This document shows positions 35,697-44,257 of a stretch of 50,297 nucleotides of DNA, in pieces (the first letter of the stretch is position 1; each line of letters opens with the position of its first letter). The translations under genes were made by a program, and so were the position numbers. The stretch spans positions 1-50,297 of the forward strand of contig CAZSQT010000028.1 of NCBI GenBank assembly GCA_964609295.1, read 5' to 3'. The stretch is from an uncultured Gammaproteobacteria bacterium (GTDB taxonomy: Bacteria > Patescibacteriota > Microgenomatia > UBA12405). The notes below the pieces were generated by a model, which saw only the letters and a program-made list of their open reading frames with translations, ran no database searches and was not told where the DNA came from.

Positions 35697-36926
35697 TTAT
35701 TCGTATCTTAGGGCTTCGATGGGTGAAAGTTTGCTGGCTTTGCGGGCGGGAGCAACACCAAAAATTATACCGACAATTGTTGATACACCAAAGGCGAGGA
35801 TTATTGATTCGAGGGTGACTTTGGCGGGAAAAATCTTGTCTATACCCCAGGATCCAAGACTACCCAAGATAATGCCGATACCACCACCCAAACAAGATAA
35901 AATGATAGCTTCGATAAGGAATTGAAGAAGGATAGCTTGAGGATAAGCACCGACGGCTTTACGAAGACCAATTTCTTTAGTTCTTTCGGTAACGGTAACT
36001 AGCATTATGTTCATAATGCCGATACCACCGACAATCAGAGAAATGGCGGCAATACCAGAAAGGGCGACGGTCAAAGTACTTAAAATTGTATTGATGGAAG
36101 AAAGAATTTGAGATTGATCAACAACACTAAAAGAATCTTCTTTTTTGTAATCTTTTTTGAGAATTTCTTCTGTTTGCTTTTTAATTTTTTCGATATCTTC
36201 TTTGTCTTTGACTTTTATACCAATACTTTGGATATTTTTGTGGCCAACTATGTTGTAACCGACATTAAGGGGAATATAAACAGCATCATCAATACTGGCA
36301 CCGCCTAGTCCCCTACCCTTTTGATCGAGATAACCAATAACCTTGAAAGTGTGTCCCGAAATATTTATTTTTTTGTTGAGAGGATTGGATTTGCCAAAAA
36401 GTTCGTCTTTGACATTGTAACCTAAGATAACGACTTTACTATTTTTATTTTCTTCCGCTTTGGTAAACCAACGACCATTACCAGAAGAAGGTAAACTGTT
36501 CATACTTTTGCCATATTGGTAATTAGTTATTTCTAAACTGGTTTTTTTACTATTGGTAAGATACTTAACTTCGGCCCTAGTTTCTATCATAGGGAAAATA
36601 GCTTCAATATCAAGTTTTCTTGTGAGGTTGGTTAAATCTTTTTCTTTAAAAGAATTATTCATCATGCTTTGACCACCGCCTGCAAAACCTTCACCATTAC
36701 CACTAAACATTTTGCCAGGCATAACATAGACAATATTGGAACCAAGGCTGTCAAATTGTTCAACTACAAAATCTTTGAGGCCATTACCAATAGAAACTAG
36801 GAGAATAACAGAGGTAACACCAATAATAATGCCCAAAGAAGTGAGAAAAGTTCTAACTTTGTTTTTTAAAATTGAGCGAATTGATGATTTGATGAGATCG
36901 TCGAGACTGGGTTTTAGTTTTAACAT
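35697..36926 (-). CDS. ABC transporter permease, MacB/FtsX family
   Basis: N-terminal TM helix, a large extracytoplasmic domain, and a C-terminal FtsX module (ERTKEIGLRKAVGA, with three TM helices). Confidence 0.85.
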   Translation of the reverse strand: MLKLKPSLDDLIKSSIRSILKNKVRTFLTSLGIIIGVTSVILLVSIGNGLKDFVVEQFDSLGSNIVYVMPGKMFSGNGEGFAGGGQSMMNNSFKEKDLTNLTRKLDIEAIFPMIETRAEVKYLTNSKKTSLEITNYQYGKSMNSLPSSGNGRWFTKAEENKNSKVVILGYNVKDELFGKSNPLNKKINISGHTFKVIGYLDQKGRGLGGASIDDAVYIPLNVGYNIVGHKNIQSIGIKVKDKEDIEKIKKQTEEILKKDYKKEDSFSVVDQSQILSSINTILSTLTVALSGIAAISLIVGGIGIMNIMLVTVTERTKEIGLRKAVGAYPQAILLQFLIEAIILSCLGGGIGIILGSLGSWGIDKIFPAKVTLESIILAFGVSTIVGIIFGVAPARKASKLSPIEALRYE

Positions 36927-37633
36927 TTTTCTTCTCCTATAATTTTGCCATCTTTAATAATAATTATCCGTTGAGCTTGTTTGGCTAAGTCCATATCGTG
37001 AGTAACCATAACGATAGTCCTTTTTTCTTTTTGGTTAAGATGTTTTAAAAATGCTAAAACATCTTTGCCAGATTTACTGTCCAAATTACCAGTTGGTTCG
37101 TCGGCGAGAATTATTTTGGGATTGTTGATAAGAGCTCTGGCAATGGCAACTCTTTGTTGTTGTCCGCCAGAGAGTTGGGCGGGGGTATTTTTTGTCTTTG
37201 AACTTAAATCAACTTTTTGAAGCATTTCTAGAGCCAGGGAAAGATGTTTTTCTTTGGGAATATCGGAGTAAAGAAGAGGTAAGATAACATTTTCTAGAGA
37301 TGAAGTTTTGGGTAAAAGATTGAACTGTTGAAAAACAAAGCCAAGAGTTTTGTTTCTTAGAGAAGCTAATTCGTTTTCGTTTAATTTTTCAATATTAGTA
37401 TCTTCAAGAATTATTTTTCCGGAAGTAGGAGTATCAAGAAGACCAATGATATGCATGAGGGTTGATTTACCTGATCCAGAAGCGCCAGTAATGGCGACAA
37501 ATTCTCCTTGGTAAATTTTGAGACAGACACCATCGAGGGCATTGAAAAGAGTATCGCCAGTTTTGTAGGTTTTAAAAATATTTTTGAGTTCGAGAAGAAC
37601 TTTTTTATCTTTTTTGGATGACGACTTGATCAT
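36920..37633 (-). CDS. ABC transporter ATP-binding protein (MacB/LolD-type)
   Basis: Walker [11 protein letters not shown]-loop, signature [15 protein letters not shown], Walker [12 protein letters not shown], and H-loop VTHD. Confidence 0.9.
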   Translation of the reverse strand: MIKSSSKKDKKVLLELKNIFKTYKTGDTLFNALDGVCLKIYQGEFVAITGASGSGKSTLMHIIGLLDTPTSGKIILEDTNIEKLNENELASLRNKTLGFVFQQFNLLPKTSSLENVILPLLYSDIPKEKHLSLALEMLQKVDLSSKTKNTPAQLSGGQQQRVAIARALINNPKIILADEPTGNLDSKSGKDVLAFLKHLNQKEKRTIVMVTHDMDLAKQAQRIIIIKDGKIIGEEKC

Positions 37634-38645
37634 ATTGAGACAAACCTTCTAAAACTTCATATTCTAACTCTGATTCGATACCAGTTTTTATTTCTTGTTT
37701 AACTATTTCTTTGTTTGATTTATAGACAAAGACAAATTTGGTATCGTCTTCTTCAATAACAGCTTCGATGGGGATGGTTAAGGCATCTATTGATTGGTCC
37801 ATAATAATTTCGGCATTGCCAGTCATACCAAGTCGATAAGTTAGGTCATTATTGGTTTGAGGAAATTCAAATTGAACTTCATAAACGATAGAACTTTGTC
37901 CAGCAATGGGGGTAAAAGATATGTATTTGATTTGAGAATCAATGATTTCATCTTCAAAACTATCCAAAATGATTTGTGCTTTTTGTCCTTCTTGTATGTG
38001 ATTTACTTCTTCTTGATCTATCTCTGATTTGAAATAAATAGTGTTGGGGTCAACTATTGTATAAGTGTTACTACTAGGAATAATATTGGTTCCGGGTAAA
38101 GCGGATCCAACGGTGGTTACAATTCCATTTATTGGAGAAGTTAAAGTAGCATATTTAATAGCTAGGTCAGTTAGTTCATAGTTGATAACAGAATTGTTTA
38201 AAGTATTTTGATTTCTGTCCAAAATTCTTTGGAATTCGGTAGTGATAACTGTGTCTTTGTAATCATCAGTAGTATCGTAAAAATTGCTCAAAGCGGTGTG
38301 ATAATTATTAAATTGGATTTCGAGATTTTTTTTGAGGGAAGTTTTGTCTAGCGAAGCGATGGCTTGATATTTTTTGACGGTATCCCCTACTTTAACTCCG
38401 AGCCATGATAATTGTCCGGCACTTTGAAATTGGAGAGTAACTTTGGATTGAGCATCGATTGATCCAGCTAAATTAAGCTTGGAAGCAATAGTTTGTATTT
38501 GGGGAGTGACTAAAATGTCTTGCTTGGGATTGTAGCCCAAAGATTCCATTTTTTTGATATTGTAATTACGAATTATCAAAAAAATTATTAGAGCAATAAT
38601 TAGTATAGTTATTATTTTTTTGGGGTTTTTAAAGAATTTTTTCAT
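37605..38645 (-). CDS. HlyD/MacA-like membrane-fusion adaptor protein
   Basis: N-terminal TM helix, a lipoyl-like half GQLSWLGVKVGDTVKKYQAIASLD, a coiled coil, and TSPINGIVT. Forms an operon with the ABC pair. Confidence 0.7.
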   Translation of the reverse strand: MKKFFKNPKKIITILIIALIIFLIIRNYNIKKMESLGYNPKQDILVTPQIQTIASKLNLAGSIDAQSKVTLQFQSAGQLSWLGVKVGDTVKKYQAIASLDKTSLKKNLEIQFNNYHTALSNFYDTTDDYKDTVITTEFQRILDRNQNTLNNSVINYELTDLAIKYATLTSPINGIVTTVGSALPGTNIIPSSNTYTIVDPNTIYFKSEIDQEEVNHIQEGQKAQIILDSFEDEIIDSQIKYISFTPIAGQSSIVYEVQFEFPQTNNDLTYRLGMTGNAEIIMDQSIDALTIPIEAVIEEDDTKFVFVYKSNKEIVKQEIKTGIESELEYEVLEGLSQYDQVVIQKR

Positions 38646-38690
38646 AGGATTATTGGTATGATTATTTACACTGTAGTATTATACACTAAA

Positions 38691-38969
38691 TTATTTTTTT
38701 TGCCTAAGTTCTTTGAGTTTCCACATAAAAAGTTTGTAAGGGGTTTGAATATTTCGTTGATCTTTGACAAAATATCTAGCTTGATCCAAAATTTTTCGGT
38801 CAATGGTTTTGGCTAGACGAATATAGAGGGAGCGATTTTTCCAATCGTTAAGCTCTTTGGCCAAATCAAGACCGTAGGCCTGAAAATCATTTTTGACATA
38901 TTTGCCACGACCTTTGATTAACTCCTTTTGTTTGTTTAGCAGATCTGATATTTGAATGGGTTTTTTCAT
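38691..38969 (-). CDS. hypothetical protein
   Basis: 92 aa, basic. Overlaps the upstream gene by ATGA. No family recognised. Confidence 0.45.
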   Translation of the reverse strand: MKKPIQISDLLNKQKELIKGRGKYVKNDFQAYGLDLAKELNDWKNRSLYIRLAKTIDRKILDQARYFVKDQRNIQTPYKLFMWKLKELRQKK

Positions 38970-39352
38970 TGGAGCTTGGAAATAAGTTTTTTAGGAGTTT
39001 TAATAATTTCCCTAAATAAGGATTGACGACAAAGTTCTTTGTCTTCGCTTAGAGCATAAATTGGTTTACCCAAGGCAACGGCATAGCCAATTTCTAAAGT
39101 AGTACTGTTACCAACATATCCATCTTTATTGTATATGAAGACAGTATCAGCCATTTTTATTTTATAGAAATGATCATGGGTTAATCCTAGGGAAATAAAT
39201 TTTTGATATTCTTTGGAAAATTGTTTCCATTCTTTTTGGTCACAGTGTAGATATGGTTCAAAAACAATAACATCGAGTTTTTTTAGCTGACGGCTAAATT
39301 TTCTTATTTCTGGTTTAAAGCGACGACTGCCACAAATGACTACACTTTTCAT
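38966..39352 (-). CDS. nucleoside 2-deoxyribosyltransferase-like (Rossmann-like) protein
   Basis: MKSVVICGSRRF start and ADTVFIYNKDGYVGNSTTLEIGYAVALGKPIYAL fit the NDT-like layout. Weak call made by eye. Confidence 0.4.
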   Translation of the reverse strand: MKSVVICGSRRFKPEIRKFSRQLKKLDVIVFEPYLHCDQKEWKQFSKEYQKFISLGLTHDHFYKIKMADTVFIYNKDGYVGNSTTLEIGYAVALGKPIYALSEDKELCRQSLFREIIKTPKKLISKLQ

Positions 39353-39371
39353 ACTCTATTTTAACAGGTTT

Positions 39372-39443
39372 GTGGACCGTAGCAGACTTGAACTGCTCTC
39401 TCTGCAATGCGAATGCAGTGCTCTACCAGATAAGCTAACGGCC
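39372..39443 (-). tRNA. tRNA-Ala (anticodon CGC)
   Basis: Hand fold. Acceptor GGGCCGT/ACGGTCC with the G3:U70 identity pair and A73. Anticodon stem CTGCA/TGCAG with loop TTCGCAT. T arm AGCAG-TTCAAGT-CTGCT. No CCA is encoded. Confidence 0.9.
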
Positions 39444-39453
39444 CATTTAGCAA

Positions 39454-39948
39454 TTAGTAAATGGTAATTAGTATTTCTTTAATTACTTTGTCTATTATAT
39501 CGCGTTCTTTTGGCAAAAAGGATTGTAATACATAATCCTCGACTGGGATATTGTTTTGAGGTTTACCAATACCAATTCTAATTCTATTAAAGGCTTGGGT
39601 GCCGATATTTTCAATTACAGAAATGACACCATTGTGACCAGCAGGTCCTCGGTCAAGTTGGGTCTTCCACTCCCCTACCCCCAAATCTAAATCATCATGA
39701 ATGATATATAAATCTTTTGGATCAATTTTAAAATAATTTAAAATTTTTTGAGCTGTAATGCCAGATAGATTCATATAGTCAGTAGAAATGGCATAAAAAT
39801 TATTGCCATCGCGAAAAATTTTGGCTTTGAGTTTGGGAAAGTTGTCAAATTTGTTTTTGGCAATTTTATTGATGACCATTTGGCCCAAGTTGTGACGAGT
39901 GTTTTGATATTTTTTATCAGGATTACCCAGACCGAAAAATAGTTTCAT
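39454..39948 (-). CDS. pth: peptidyl-tRNA hydrolase
   Basis: MKLFFGLGNPDKKYQNTRHNLG, HDDLDL, and GPAGHNG motifs. Confidence 0.9.
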   Translation of the reverse strand: MKLFFGLGNPDKKYQNTRHNLGQMVINKIAKNKFDNFPKLKAKIFRDGNNFYAISTDYMNLSGITAQKILNYFKIDPKDLYIIHDDLDLGVGEWKTQLDRGPAGHNGVISVIENIGTQAFNRIRIGIGKPQNNIPVEDYVLQSFLPKERDIIDKVIKEILITIY

Positions 39949-39957
39949 AAGGGTATT

Positions 39958-39987
39958 TTAACATTTTAGAAATTTGTCTGATATAAT
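39958..39987 (+). promoter_or_regulatory. sigma70-like promoter facing away from pth
   Basis: TTAACA (39958-39963), an 18-nt spacer, then TATAAT (39982-39987). Confidence 0.4.
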
Positions 39988-39993
39988 ATTGGT

Positions 39994-40079
39994 ATAACTA
40001 GAACTTTGGGACAAATCCCAGTGGGAAAGCTTTATGGCTACCAAGGTTTCTGACCCCGCTTTGGCGGGGTTTTATTTTA
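39994..40079 (+). ncRNA. candidate small RNA of about 85 nt ending in an intrinsic terminator
   Basis: Lies between the promoter above and the hairpin accccgc-tttg-gcggggt (40053-40070) plus TTTATTTTA. No plus-strand gene is present in this pth-ligA gap. The 5' end is inferred. Confidence 0.35.
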
Positions 40080-40229
40080 TGGTGATAATTATTTTCTTTT
40101 CAAGTTGTTTAAAATATTTTTGATATTTTATGATATAAAATGATAGATATTGATGTATGGTTTAGATTTAACCTAAGGATAGGTTTTATCGTATTTTAGG
40201 GGTTAGTTAGCACTCGGAGTGTTTGACTG

Positions 40230-42152
40230 CTAAGCAATTAATTTGTTAAATTCATCTTCATTTATTATTTTTACACCAAGCTTTTTGGCTTGAATAAATT
40301 TAGAAGAATTAGAATCGGTTTCATTGCTTAAAAGATAATTGGTGTTTGAGGTGACGGCGGAGGTGAATTTGCCACCAAGGGATTCGATTTTGGCTATCAT
40401 TTCTTTGCGAGGGATTGATAAGTCCCCTGTTATTGCAAAAGAGAGATTGCTTAGATTACGGGATTGCTTCCCCCGCAGCTGCGGGGTCGCAATGACGGTG
40501 TTAGAAAGAATCGAATTGATTATTTCTTTTCGTAAATTAATACCATGGATAATTTTTTGAGCGAGGGTGATTTTAAAACCAGGGAGATTGTCAAAATCGC
40601 TTAATTTTAAATTTAATAATTTATCTGGGGTGTCAAAACCAAAATCTATCATTTGTTTGATACGGGCATGAGAAAAATTGGGGATTTGGGCGGCATCAAA
40701 AACTTGGTTGAGGGTTAATGTTTTTTTTGATTGGATTTCGTTGATTATATTTTTGGCTGATTTTTCACCGAGATTGGCCAGGGTAGCAATATCTTGAATT
40801 TTTAATTTATAAAAATCACCAGGAAGTTTTAATTTGCCAGCATCAAAGAGTTTTTTGATGGTTTTTTGGGAAATGTTTTTGATATTTAGGGTCTTGCAAA
40901 AGAGATTTAAAACACCAAGGGTTTGGCCAAGACAAGTGGGGTTGGGACATTTTATAAATTTATTATCAGTAATTAATTTTGTGTCACAGACGGGACAATG
41001 GGTGGGAGCGATAATATGGCCAGAATTAACTTTAGTAATTACTTTTTCGATATGAGGAATAACATCTCCCCTACGGCTGATTTCAACGATGTCACCAATA
41101 TTAACATTTAATTTTTTAATTAAATCATAATTAGCTAAGGAGGCATAAGTAATAATGGCACCAGAGGTTTCTACTGGAGTGACTTGGGCAACTGGAGTGA
41201 TGGTGCCAAGAGGACCAACTTGCCAAGTAATTTTTTCTATTTTTGTTTGAGAACTAGAAGCAGGAAATTTGTAAGCGACTTGACCTTTGGGGCGATTGTT
41301 GTGTTGACCAAGCTGGGTTTGAATTTTAATGTTGTTTATTTTGATAACCAAACCATCGATTTCATAAGGGTATGTTTTTCTTTTGTGATTAAGAAAATCT
41401 TGATAAATTTTTTCTATTTCGACAAAAGAATGGCAGAGGTGAGATTCGACAGTGGTGACGCCTAGTGATTGGAGTAGCTTGATATTTTCCAATTCAGTTT
41501 TTTGATTAGGGTAAATTTCAACCGCATAGATGGAGCAAAATTGACTGTATTTACTGTCGAGGCGTTGGGATAGACCAGAGGCGGCATTGCGAGGATTGGA
41601 ATATTTTTCTTGAGATTGTTGATTGAGTTTTTTAAAATCACTTAAGGTAACTACAATTTCGCCACGGATAAAACCAGTAAAACTGTTTTTTAATTGAGGA
41701 AGAAAGTTTTTCATTTTAACAGCATTTTGAGAGATTAGGTCCCCTGTTTTGCCATCTCCCCTAGTGATGGCATCGACAAATTTACCGTCTTGATATTTTA
41801 GTTCGAGAGATATGCCGTCGCATTTTGGTTGCACCACGAATTTTGTAGTGGTGAGTTTTTTTAATTCAAAATAGTGAACGAGTTGCTCAAAAGTATTAAC
41901 TTTGTTTTGGGAGCCCATGGGCATTTGATGTTCTTTTTTATCAAAGCCAGTATTGAAATTTTGGGAACCGATTTTTTTGAATATCCGATGATGAGGGGCT
42001 TTGAGGCGAAGAATTTCTTCTAGGGTGTCAAAAGTATGATCATCCATAATTGGCTGACTATCGGTGTAATAGGCTTTTTTGGCAGAAATTAAAATTTCAC
42101 CTAACTCTTCTGGGGTAATGGTTTCTAGATTAAAATCGGATAGTTTTAACAT
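40230..42152 (-). CDS. ligA: NAD-dependent DNA ligase
   Basis: Start at the ATG at 42152 (MLKLSDFNLE...AKKAYY). Adenylation motif VQPKCDGISL. Zn finger CPVCDTKL...CPNPTC. HhH repeats and a C-terminal BRCT domain (FAITGDL...GGKFTSAV). The track ORF carries a spurious 43-aa N-terminal extension. Confidence 0.92.
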   Translation of the reverse strand: MLKLSDFNLETITPEELGEILISAKKAYYTDSQPIMDDHTFDTLEEILRLKAPHHRIFKKIGSQNFNTGFDKKEHQMPMGSQNKVNTFEQLVHYFELKKLTTTKFVVQPKCDGISLELKYQDGKFVDAITRGDGKTGDLISQNAVKMKNFLPQLKNSFTGFIRGEIVVTLSDFKKLNQQSQEKYSNPRNAASGLSQRLDSKYSQFCSIYAVEIYPNQKTELENIKLLQSLGVTTVESHLCHSFVEIEKIYQDFLNHKRKTYPYEIDGLVIKINNIKIQTQLGQHNNRPKGQVAYKFPASSSQTKIEKITWQVGPLGTITPVAQVTPVETSGAIITYASLANYDLIKKLNVNIGDIVEISRRGDVIPHIEKVITKVNSGHIIAPTHCPVCDTKLITDNKFIKCPNPTCLGQTLGVLNLFCKTLNIKNISQKTIKKLFDAGKLKLPGDFYKLKIQDIATLANLGEKSAKNIINEIQSKKTLTLNQVFDAAQIPNFSHARIKQMIDFGFDTPDKLLNLKLSDFDNLPGFKITLAQKIIHGINLRKEIINSILSNTVIATPQLRGKQSRNLSNLSFAITGDLSIPRKEMIAKIESLGGKFTSAVTSNTNYLLSNETDSNSSKFIQAKKLGVKIINEDEFNKLIA

Positions 42153-42184
42153 TATGTTTATTATATGATAAAATCTTTGATTAT

Positions 42185-42433
42185 ATGAGTCTAAAAGAAT
42201 ATTCCTTATCTTGTGTGACCGATCTTTTGGGTCGAGAAGTTGATGATTTGAGCAACAGTGATTTTGTGAATGCAGTAGCATTTGTGCGAGAAATGTCTTC
42301 TCCTATAAGTAGAAAAAATTTTGGAAAACAAATTATTAAAAAAAATATGGAAGGTCGTAAACCGAGGGATGAACGGAAGTTTTATAAATTGAGCCCGGTC
42401 AGTGGTTTGGTTAAATTGATGAGTAGAAAGTAA
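42185..42433 (+). CDS. hypothetical protein (uncertain gene)
   Basis: 82-aa ORF in the 286-bp fic-ligA gap. Its composition looks more protein-like than the antisense 76-aa ORF. No Shine-Dalgarno is present. Confidence 0.3.
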   Translation: MSLKEYSLSCVTDLLGREVDDLSNSDFVNAVAFVREMSSPISRKNFGKQIIKKNMEGRKPRDERKFYKLSPVSGLVKLMSRK

Positions 42434-42438
42434 CAATT

Positions 42439-43608
42439 TTAGACGTTGGTCAAGCAGTAGTAAGCGCCTTTGGTAGAACCGCGTTTTTCGACAACTTTGT
42501 CATCAATGAGTTTTTTGAGATCACGCCAAATAGTATCATCTGAGACCATGGGGAGAATTTGCTTGGCATCAGGCATACGAAGGCCACCGAATTGTTGCAT
42601 ATATTCCACTAATTTAATTTGTCTTTCGGAGAGATGGACTTGTTTGCCACCTAACTTTTGTTTAAATTTGAGATCGCGAGAGAGAGATTGAACTTTTTCT
42701 TTAATTCTATTTAATTCGATAGCTAAAACTTTGGTGAAATAGGTAATCCAAGAAGTCAAGTCTCTTTTAAAGATGTTGCTGGATAAATTGTGAGTAGACT
42801 GAATAGTGTTGTAATATTCTTCGGCATTTCTATCAAAATATTCTTCTAGAGAAAAAAGTCTTTTGATATCATAACCTTCGACATAGAGAGGAAGCATTCC
42901 AAAAGCACGAGAGACACGACCATTACCTTCGATAAAGGGATGGATAGCGACTAAGACATATTGGGTGATGGCAGAGCGGATGGTTGAATGAATTTCACGA
43001 GAAGATTTGTCGTTGAGCCAGGCGATTAGATCGGTAATGAGGTATGGGACTTCGATGGCGGGTGGTGGTCTGTGGGCAATTTCACCTGTTTGGGTGTTTT
43101 TGAGGACCACTTGTTGGTGACGGTATTTGCCGATTTCTGATTCGGGAATGATTTTTTGGGTGGTGAGTTCGTGAATTCTTTTGACAATGGTTTCAGAATA
43201 ATAAAAAGGACGATGGCCGCTTTCATCAAATTCGGGAATAGTTTTTTCTTCTGGTAGAGGCATGTTGGCGTCGTACAAAGCCCAAAGTTCTTCGAGATAG
43301 GAAACGACATTGCGATAGTTGATAACTTCTTGGATATCACGGTTTTGTCCAGTGATTTGTTTACCTTCGACTAATTTAGCAACTTCTTGGTAAGTTAGGT
43401 CATTTCCTTCTATTCTTGTACCATAATGAACAGTCCTGACGATAGCTTCTTGTTGGAATTGTTTCTCATATGCTGGAATCAATGGGGCTTCATCAATAAT
43501 CGCCTTGGCTCCTTCAATTGTGCTGATGTTTTTTAGAACTTCATTATTGATTGTAAATATAGGAGAAAACATATCTATAGATATTATATCACTATTTTGG
43601 AAAATCAA
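42439..43608 (-). CDS. fic: Fic family protein with a C-terminal winged-helix domain
   Basis: Fic motif HPFIEGNGRVSRAFG. An N-terminal TRIEGN segment resembles the inhibitory-helix Glu motif. The C-terminal wHTH-like region is SERQIKLVEYM...DLKKLIDDKVVEKRG. Confidence 0.85.
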   Translation of the reverse strand: MIFQNSDIISIDMFSPIFTINNEVLKNISTIEGAKAIIDEAPLIPAYEKQFQQEAIVRTVHYGTRIEGNDLTYQEVAKLVEGKQITGQNRDIQEVINYRNVVSYLEELWALYDANMPLPEEKTIPEFDESGHRPFYYSETIVKRIHELTTQKIIPESEIGKYRHQQVVLKNTQTGEIAHRPPPAIEVPYLITDLIAWLNDKSSREIHSTIRSAITQYVLVAIHPFIEGNGRVSRAFGMLPLYVEGYDIKRLFSLEEYFDRNAEEYYNTIQSTHNLSSNIFKRDLTSWITYFTKVLAIELNRIKEKVQSLSRDLKFKQKLGGKQVHLSERQIKLVEYMQQFGGLRMPDAKQILPMVSDDTIWRDLKKLIDDKVVEKRGSTKGAYYCLTNV

Positions 43609-43632
43609 TGAGGGAAAAATGCGGAGATAAAA

Positions 43633-44241
43633 TTAATTTAGGAAAAAATAGTCGAGGGCGAGGAGGGGGTCGACATTGTGTTTGATCATATCAAGGGTTT
43701 TGATTATTGTTTTTATTTTTTGACTGATTTGGGTTGAAGGATTTTTGACCATAGCTTGTTGATGGAGATAAAGTTGTTCTTCAAGTAAGGGTTTGACTTC
43801 ATCCTTTTGATAATTTTGGGAGGGTAATTGGCCATTAGTAGGGATAATTTTACCAGTATTTTGGTGTTGTTTTTTGAGATTTACCAGAGAACAACGGGAC
43901 AAAATGGTATTGAGAAGATTGTTTTTGTTGTTTGAGATTAAAAAAATATAGTTATCCCCTATTTCTTCTAAAGTTTTGAGGAGAGCATTTTGAGATTCTG
44001 TTTTTAAATTTTGGGCAGAATAGATAACAATAACTTTGGATTGATGTTGAAAGGGTTTTTTGGATAAAAAAGTTTTGACTTCTCTTATTTTGTTAATAGA
44101 ATAGTCTTCTTGAATAATAAATAAATCTGGATTGTGAGGTGATAATTCTTGATTTATTTCTTTAAATTTATTTTTTAACCAGTTATCGGTTTGGTTTTGG
44201 TTGTCATCAATGATGAGTATTGAATGAAAATCATTTTTCAT
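43633..44241 (-). CDS. holB: DNA polymerase III delta'-like clamp-loader subunit (short, no P-loop)
   Basis: KVIVIYSAQNLKTESQNALLKTLEE and ILSRC match the clamp-loader box VII / sensor region. Only 202 aa, and the Walker A region is absent. Confidence 0.55.
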   Translation of the reverse strand: MKNDFHSILIIDDNQNQTDNWLKNKFKEINQELSPHNPDLFIIQEDYSINKIREVKTFLSKKPFQHQSKVIVIYSAQNLKTESQNALLKTLEEIGDNYIFLISNNKNNLLNTILSRCSLVNLKKQHQNTGKIIPTNGQLPSQNYQKDEVKPLLEEQLYLHQQAMVKNPSTQISQKIKTIIKTLDMIKHNVDPLLALDYFFLN

Positions 44242-44257
44242 ATAGTATTAGTATACT

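Noticed and set aside
36305-36325. Recurrent cccctacc / ggtagggg motif (for example at 29474, 36314, 39674, 48212) as a dispersed repeat.
   Set aside because: In every case it is read in-frame as Gly-Arg-Gly or Gly-Val-Gly (GGT AGG GGA, GGG GTA GGG). It is therefore explained by glycine-rich loops. The flanks share no similarity.
42153-42281. 43-codon N-terminal extension of the ligA track ORF (MLLHSQNHCCSNH...).
   Set aside because: The LigA homology begins at MLKLSDFNLE (ATG 42152). The extension has junk-like composition and no counterpart in NAD-dependent ligases.
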